Origin: Barthelona sp. PCE | Lineage: Eukaryota | NCBI GenBank assembly: GCA_040285745.1 | Contig: JAUFOR010000002.1 | Span: 496,001-560,000 of the forward strand | DNA: 64,000 nt | Direction: 5' to 3' | Part shown: positions 58,733 to 64,000 of the stretch, in pieces | Layout of the letters: each line of letters opens with the position of its first letter | Numbering within the stretch: position 1 is the first letter of the stretch | Program-made: the position numbers and the translations under genes | Notes under the pieces: generated by a model | What the model was told of the DNA's origin: nothing | Seen by the model: only the letters and a program-made list of their open reading frames with translations | Database searches by the model: none

Positions 58733-58931
58733 TTTACCTGTTGGATTTATTGACGTCATGGATCGATCACTTGCGAAAGATCACCATCTCTCGTGTTGTG
58801 TTCCGTCCAGGAATTGGCTCAACACCTTTTTTTTTGACAGGAACAGGTGAGATAAAGAATATCGTGCCGGTGGAACACTACTCACATTCAAAAAGTATGT
58901 TTTGTTCCACTCAGTTGCTTTACCACCACAA
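58733..58931 (+). ncRNA. Candidate structured non-coding RNA, family unassigned
   Basis: Stems TTTACCTGTT/AACAGGTGAG, GTGTTG/CAACAC, TTCC/GGAA, a GCGA-capped hairpin and GGTGGAACA/TGTTCCACT in a spacer with no convincing ORF. Confidence 0.45.
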
Positions 58932-59037
58932 GATGAAGTATGAATCCTTACGCGTACATGCCAGAGAAAAATAAATCAAAATCGATAAGTGCTATTTATT
59001 TATACTGAGTATGCTCAGGATGTTCAGGACACTCACA

Positions 59038-59392
59038 TTATGACAGTAACATGTTGTTCAAAGGGATGCTCACCAATTTTAAAGCATATCCAACAGTTCC
59101 CAGCAATACGACTCCGATTCCTGCTGATCTGGCTATTTTGGAGTATTCTAGGTGTCAGTAAACTATAATTAATACGGAAAATAATGAAACAGCAAAAAGA
59201 TATTCTTTCTTCATCTTAAAACATCATTGTGTACATTTCCATCGTAATAAACAACATACCTTTGTTATCGGGCTTTGTGCAACGACGGACAAGCATGGTA
59301 CATCTTTTGACGTACTTCTTGACAGCATTGTCATTACGAGCCTTTCCCTTGCTGGAGGCCTCTTCTTTGGGAGATTCTGCACGCTTGGACAT
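59038..59392 (-). CDS. SEC61G: Protein translocon subunit Sec61 gamma. Exons 59392-59260 and 59147-59038.
   Basis: Spliced product ...LVRRCTKPDNKEYSKIARSAGIGVVLLGTVGYALKLVSIPLNNMLLS* matches SecE/Sec61-gamma. Confidence 0.92.
59148..59259 (-). other. Spliceosomal intron, 112 nt (Sec61 gamma)
   Basis: GTATGT...TACTGACACCTAG. Removal restores KPDNKEY. Confidence 0.92.
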
Positions 59393-59705
59393 CTTTAGCA
59401 AACAATAGAAAAGGTTAGAAAAGTGAATTGAGCTAATCCTATTTGCAATATGCTAAATTCTTTATAATATCAGTCAAAAGGCTTTTGTATGACATGATTA
59501 TAGAAACTTAATGCATTTAATTTCTATAAAAATATATTCAAATTAGCCTGCTCAAAAATCAATTCCGCTTCAAACAGTATTCTGTATTTCCCTAAAATTT
59601 AACCCTCAAAAATGTTTTTCAATGTTTTTTGACTTAGGATCTCACACTAGATAGTTCTTACTCTTAAACAACTAAAACTCTGAATATTTCTTTTGTTTTA
59701 CATTC

Positions 59706-59716
59706 TTTCACCTTTA
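59706..59716 (+). promoter_or_regulatory. Putative core promoter motif TTTCACCTTT (representative copy)
   Basis: The same motif recurs shortly upstream of several ATGs in the correct orientation. Confidence 0.55.
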
Positions 59717-59721
59717 TATTA

Positions 59722-60198
59722 ATGGTTGTTTTAAGTGTTTGCTTAAAGGGCGAGTTTGAAAACATTGATTCTGTCAGTGTTAATTCACAAATATGCTGCA
59801 ACACTCGCTGTCAGTGTGGTGCTGTCAGACAGAACGTTTGGATTAATGCAAATGAAGAAGTAGATGTGCCTAATAGCCGTGGAAAGGCTAATATAGTAAT
59901 CAAATGCACCGCATGTGAGAGACGATCAACTATTTCCAATTTAACATTCATCAAGGGCATGTACAAGTCTTCTGAGGGTCACGTGCATATCATTGCAACA
60001 GCAGAGTGTCGTTCATGCACCATTGATTCTTTTAGTTTGGATGATACTCCTTTTTCATTTCACTTTGAGGAAAGGGAGATTGAAATGGACAATGATGATG
60101 GTTGTTTCTTTGGTTTTGATGACGTCACGGGTAATCCCACATCAGTTACTGAAACATCTGTTGTTATTGAGACATTCCGCGAACGAAATTTATTGTAA
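59722..60198 (+). CDS. CZIB: CXXC-motif zinc-binding protein (DUF866, C1orf123)
   Basis: LKGEFENI, CQCG, EEVDVPNSRGKANIVIKCTACER, AECR. Confidence 0.85.
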   Translation: MVVLSVCLKGEFENIDSVSVNSQICCNTRCQCGAVRQNVWINANEEVDVPNSRGKANIVIKCTACERRSTISNLTFIKGMYKSSEGHVHIIATAECRSCTIDSFSLDDTPFSFHFEEREIEMDNDDGCFFGFDDVTGNPTSVTETSVVIETFRERNLL

Positions 60199-60335
60199 TA
60201 CTTATTGATACTTAAACTGAATTTTGAAGAACAGTCAATAGCTTATTTTTCCAGTGGGAAAATAAACGAGGATTAAGTTCATTCATGAGAAACTTGAAAA
60301 TAAAGAACATGAAAAATAAAGATTTCTTTTACATT

Positions 60336-63300
60336 TTAGTTGTAAGCCCAGCCACCCAGATGCACCAGTCCAGAATGATCCAAGAACGGTTTTTCTATGA
60401 CTGCATCTACAATAACAATTCTCTGCAACTTAGGAAGGAAACGTTTGATTGGCAAGATTGTAGGTACCTCGACGACCTGCAAATTATGCTTTTCAAGCTC
60501 TCCTGTTGGGCAATATCTCATTTGCATTAATGGAAGATAACAAATACCAACCATTGATGGAGTAATGCGTAGCTGTTCATAACTATCCATTTCGCTTTCA
60601 CCCTTGATGAACTTCTCATCAATCTTGCAATTAAGGATAGGGTATTGATCGAAAGAACACAAAACAGAACTGAGCTGATTGGACTCTACAAGACGAATAA
60701 TGTCTGGTCTTAAGTTGTGCTTCATGACAATAACAAGATCAAAATCGTAGTCAACAATTGCCATTCTTGGAGTCACTAGCTGAAGAATGAAACCTGACAA
60801 TAATGGATTGGCACGAGCAAAGAATTCATGATCCATAATAAGGCGATTGATATCAATATCAACTGATGCATTATCGATCTTATCAACCAAATTCCTAATG
60901 TCCAACATCTGCGCACGGAAATCGGGGATGAAAATGTGCAATGGATAATTGTTGGCCTGTGCCTTGGGGTATTGTGCAAAATATGTTGCGTTCAATGCTT
61001 CTGAAGTTGGGTTCAATAACGCAAGAATATCTCCTGGAAGACGGTCATTCAGGAACAGAAGCATGAGGTTGTAAACATCACGACTACAAGGTGGTTTAAC
61101 ACCATGAAGACTGTCAAGTATGCTGTTACATCCACTGGTCAGCTCATCACGAATGATACGAAGCACCGAAATGTGTGTCAGCAAGAACTGACCAATTGGT
61201 CCTCCTTCCAACTTACGCTTAGTTGAGATTGAAATGGAGAGTTTCTCAACTAGGGACTGTGAAACAAATGTGACTACATTCTGAAGTCGATCACTTAACT
61301 TAGGTTCACTCTGCAACACGTGTACGGAAGGTGTTTTGAGCAACAAGTCCATCATATTGAGATGATATAACGCTTCATTAACAACAAGATCACTACTTGT
61401 ACCAAAATCTTGCATCAATCGAGCAAACAAGACCATAAGAGGGCCACGCAACCACCCAATGATCTGAGGTGGGGGAACTGCTGTGAGGGGACACTTCATT
61501 GAGAACTCAGGGTAAACAGGAAGTATTTCATCAGCTAGAAGTTTAATTACTTTTGCACATATCTGTGGCAAATGTTGATGACCAAACGTATTCTCCAATA
61601 ACTCAGTGTAAGTATCTGCGGTTAGATCCTGGTGATTTCGTGGAGAACACATTTCGTATATGAGTTTCTGAGTACCACCACCAATACGTGGAATAACATT
61701 CATAAGCGACAGCGCTTCGATACAGATAATCATAAGACCTGGTACAGATTGCGGGAAGATTTGAGTCACGGGCAGATCAAAGTGTGGAGCGTGCATAGTG
61801 AAACCCCACAAAATACCAGACATCCACAAACGCATTGCTTCGTACGGCGATGTGAGAATATCAGTTGACATTAGATGGGGATCATTAGCAATGTAGCACT
61901 TCTTCAACACACCATGTGACATCTCCTCGAACTGATGAACATCACATATGATAAACACCTTATTGTTGTCAAGACGTTCAAGAACATTGAGAACACGTGG
62001 AGCATCTAGTTGACAAGAAGCAATACCGAATAGTGGTGTCTCATTCAAGAACTCATCAGTGACTTCATCAACAGAAATAAGAGGAGCATCACGAAGGAAA
62101 ACGTTTGTGTAACGAGAAGAAACGCAAACAGCTTTGTAAAAACCAAAATCTATGGATCCATCTAATTGGAAACGGGAACATGGGTTCTCTCCAAGACAAA
62201 GATGTAAGTTATGAGCATACAGGAATGCTCGTGCAGCAAAGAATGCTAAATCAGGCTTAATTGAAACAATAAGAAGAACACAGACGAAAAGAGGTAGATC
62301 CTTCAACTCATCCGGCATTTCAGCCAGATCAATCCACTCAGCATTGAGCCAGTGGTCAATAAGGCCATCTTCGATTGCATCAAACACTGATGAATCAACC
62401 ATATCCTTTAGATAAGTGGTCATCATATCAAAACCATCAGGAGCTTGAAGCAGACTGTGGAAAAGATCAAGCTCCTCTTCTGCGATAAGGTATAAGTTGG
62501 TACAGAACTTGAGAGCAAATACCATGCGCTGATGAATTGAAGGAATACGTGTAAACATATTTTCTATAAATGTATTAAGCATTGAAACACGAATAGTTGA
62601 ATCAAGAACCACCTTCCCTTCAGGCATCTCTTTGAAAGCATCCAAAATGATCTTATAAACGCCCTTAAGGTTTGGTATAAGATAGAACATCTTAGAACGG
62701 TTCATAACATGAACTAAAGCCTTCAAACCACTACCTACAATATGTGCATAATACTTGTATCTGCGAATTACACGGTTCTTAACAGCCAACAGATACGCCT
62801 TTGCAAATGCTTGACTATCACGACAATCACTCAGTTTCTTGCACTTCTCGGAGAAAACTGAAAGCGTCTTCTCAAGCATTTCCACGTTAAGCTGGCGTGA
62901 TGCACTTACAACATACTGTAATGCCTCACGCTCCAGACGTGTCTCTTCACGAGCCGCATTAAAGATAACTGCAAACAGATTTTGAGCAATACCATACAAA
63001 TCAGGATCATGATGAGAACATAGATCAAAACAGACAACCTCAATCAGACTATCGAGCTCACAGTCCATGTTAATGAATGGGAAATCCGACAAACCACTGC
63101 TTAAAAACGATGTATGAGTCAATGGTTGAACGCATTGAATGATAACCTTGCAGTCTGCAACGAAATCAAAACGATTGTCACCAACCATCAGTCTATATGT
63201 CCTGTTCTTAATGACATGCAGTATATCCAGAATAATTGGTGCCAGTGATATGAGAAGATCAATATCTTTGATGACAGTAACCTTATGTTTGCAAACTGAG

Positions 63301-64000
63301 TTTATGAGTGCATCTCGCTGTTCGTTAACAGAAGAATACTTATACAATCCAATGTAATTCACATCAGTAAACAATGAATTAATTAGTTTCTCTGAGAAAT
63401 CAAAGGGATCAAAGATTGAAATCACACGTTCACCATAAAACGTTGAAATGAATGGAGAGAACTCCTCTAATTGAAGCAATAATGGCGACAAAAAAGGTGT
63501 CTCAGTAAAGAAACGGTTAAATAATTCAGCTACTCTTTTTGGTTCTGCTATTTGCTTCATATCCAACTTTTCTGTATTTCGAGTAGTTGAAACCATAGGT
63601 ACTGAAGTAATACTACGCTCAGTGGGTAAGGAACGTTGAGTTTTGCTACCACGACTAGTTGCAATATTGTCTCTTATACCCTCACCATCAAATAACTGAT
63701 CCATCTCCTCTGCAAGATCTATCGACTCCATAACTTCAACTGAATCATCGAATTGGATGCCACCAAGCTTTGTAGTATGCACATGTGTGTAAACTTCTGT
63801 GATAACTTCAAGAGAAAGGGGATACTGAACTTCATTGGGTTGAGGAACAAAAGCATCAAGAATATATTCGCGTATAACTTCGATGTTTAGCTGGAGTGCA
63901 TGCTTGAATGCCTTGTCGGAGTGAATAGCTGCTGAGTCAGATGCGACAATAAGCTGTTTTGACACCAAATCATTAAGACATGAGTGGAATAACTCAACAG
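60336..64000 (-). CDS. Divergent dynein heavy chain-like protein, C-terminal part (frame open to window edge)
   Basis: LAPIILDIL...LMVGDNRFDF...FPFINMDCELDSLIEVV....HHDPDL...LEREAL resembles the DHC AAA5/buttress region. No stop up to 63998. Confidence 0.55.
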   Translation of the reverse strand, partial: VELFHSCLNDLVSKQLIVASDSAAIHSDKAFKHALQLNIEVIREYILDAFVPQPNEVQYPLSLEVITEVYTHVHTTKLGGIQFDDSVEVMESIDLAEEMDQLFDGEGIRDNIATSRGSKTQRSLPTERSITSVPMVSTTRNTEKLDMKQIAEPKRVAELFNRFFTETPFLSPLLLQLEEFSPFISTFYGERVISIFDPFDFSEKLINSLFTDVNYIGLYKYSSVNEQRDALINSVCKHKVTVIKDIDLLISLAPIILDILHVIKNRTYRLMVGDNRFDFVADCKVIIQCVQPLTHTSFLSSGLSDFPFINMDCELDSLIEVVCFDLCSHHDPDLYGIAQNLFAVIFNAAREETRLEREALQYVVSASRQLNVEMLEKTLSVFSEKCKKLSDCRDSQAFAKAYLLAVKNRVIRRYKYYAHIVGSGLKALVHVMNRSKMFYLIPNLKGVYKIILDAFKEMPEGKVVLDSTIRVSMLNTFIENMFTRIPSIHQRMVFALKFCTNLYLIAEEELDLFHSLLQAPDGFDMMTTYLKDMVDSSVFDAIEDGLIDHWLNAEWIDLAEMPDELKDLPLFVCVLLIVSIKPDLAFFAARAFLYAHNLHLCLGENPCSRFQLDGSIDFGFYKAVCVSSRYTNVFLRDAPLISVDEVTDEFLNETPLFGIASCQLDAPRVLNVLERLDNNKVFIICDVHQFEEMSHGVLKKCYIANDPHLMSTDILTSPYEAMRLWMSGILWGFTMHAPHFDLPVTQIFPQSVPGLMIICIEALSLMNVIPRIGGGTQKLIYEMCSPRNHQDLTADTYTELLENTFGHQHLPQICAKVIKLLADEILPVYPEFSMKCPLTAVPPPQIIGWLRGPLMVLFARLMQDFGTSSDLVVNEALYHLNMMDLLLKTPSVHVLQSEPKLSDRLQNVVTFVSQSLVEKLSISISTKRKLEGGPIGQFLLTHISVLRIIRDELTSGCNSILDSLHGVKPPCSRDVYNLMLLFLNDRLPGDILALLNPTSEALNATYFAQYPKAQANNYPLHIFIPDFRAQMLDIRNLVDKIDNASVDIDINRLIMDHEFFARANPLLSGFILQLVTPRMAIVDYDFDLVIVMKHNLRPDIIRLVESNQLSSVLCSFDQYPILNCKIDEKFIKGESEMDSYEQLRITPSMVGICYLPLMQMRYCPTGELEKHNLQVVEVPTILPIKRFLPKLQRIVIVDAVIEKPFLDHSGLVHLGGWAYN

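Noticed and set aside
58728-58740. U5 loop I-like GCCTTTAC
   Set aside because: One U short and no enclosing stem.
58741-58974. 77-aa TTG-initiated ORF
   Set aside because: No ATG until near the end and no recognisable motif. RNA structure explains the region better.
1-64000. CRISPR arrays, tRNA/rRNA genes, transposases, stop-codon reassignment
   Set aside because: None seen by eye. Conserved proteins translate intact in the standard code and end at TAA, TAG and TGA.

Overview
This is a gene-dense, AT-rich eukaryotic nuclear window read in the standard genetic code (TAA, TAG and TGA all act as stops). It holds about 35 protein genes separated by very short or overlapping spacers. Recognisable genes include TTLL9, an MSP1/ATAD1-type AAA ATPase, BPNT1, a FAF/UBX protein, a Cep192-like ASH-repeat protein, ArfGAP, SmF, VPS35L, an ABCA half-transporter, DDX1, FIG4, a Rab1-like GTPase, WDR12/Ytm1, SMCR8, VAC14, glucosidase II alpha, Sec5, a CDC7-like kinase, Sec61-gamma, CZIB and a divergent dynein heavy chain. 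I found four spliceosomal introns (39, 47, 112 and 188 nt). All have a GTATG donor and a fused CTNAC-NNN-YAG branch point/acceptor, which suggests a flagellated metamonad-like protist (inference). Two genes look prokaryote-derived: a DUF523/TudS-like gene and an orphan P-loop gene. The most unusual signals are non-coding: a two-copy element of about 100 nt with conserved sequence blocks and hairpin geometry flanking the P-loop gene, a candidate H/ACA-like RNA inside the ArfGAP intron, and a structured unannotated spacer at 58.73-58.93 kb. All protein calls come from recognising motifs by eye and all folds were paired by hand; no searches or folding programs were run.
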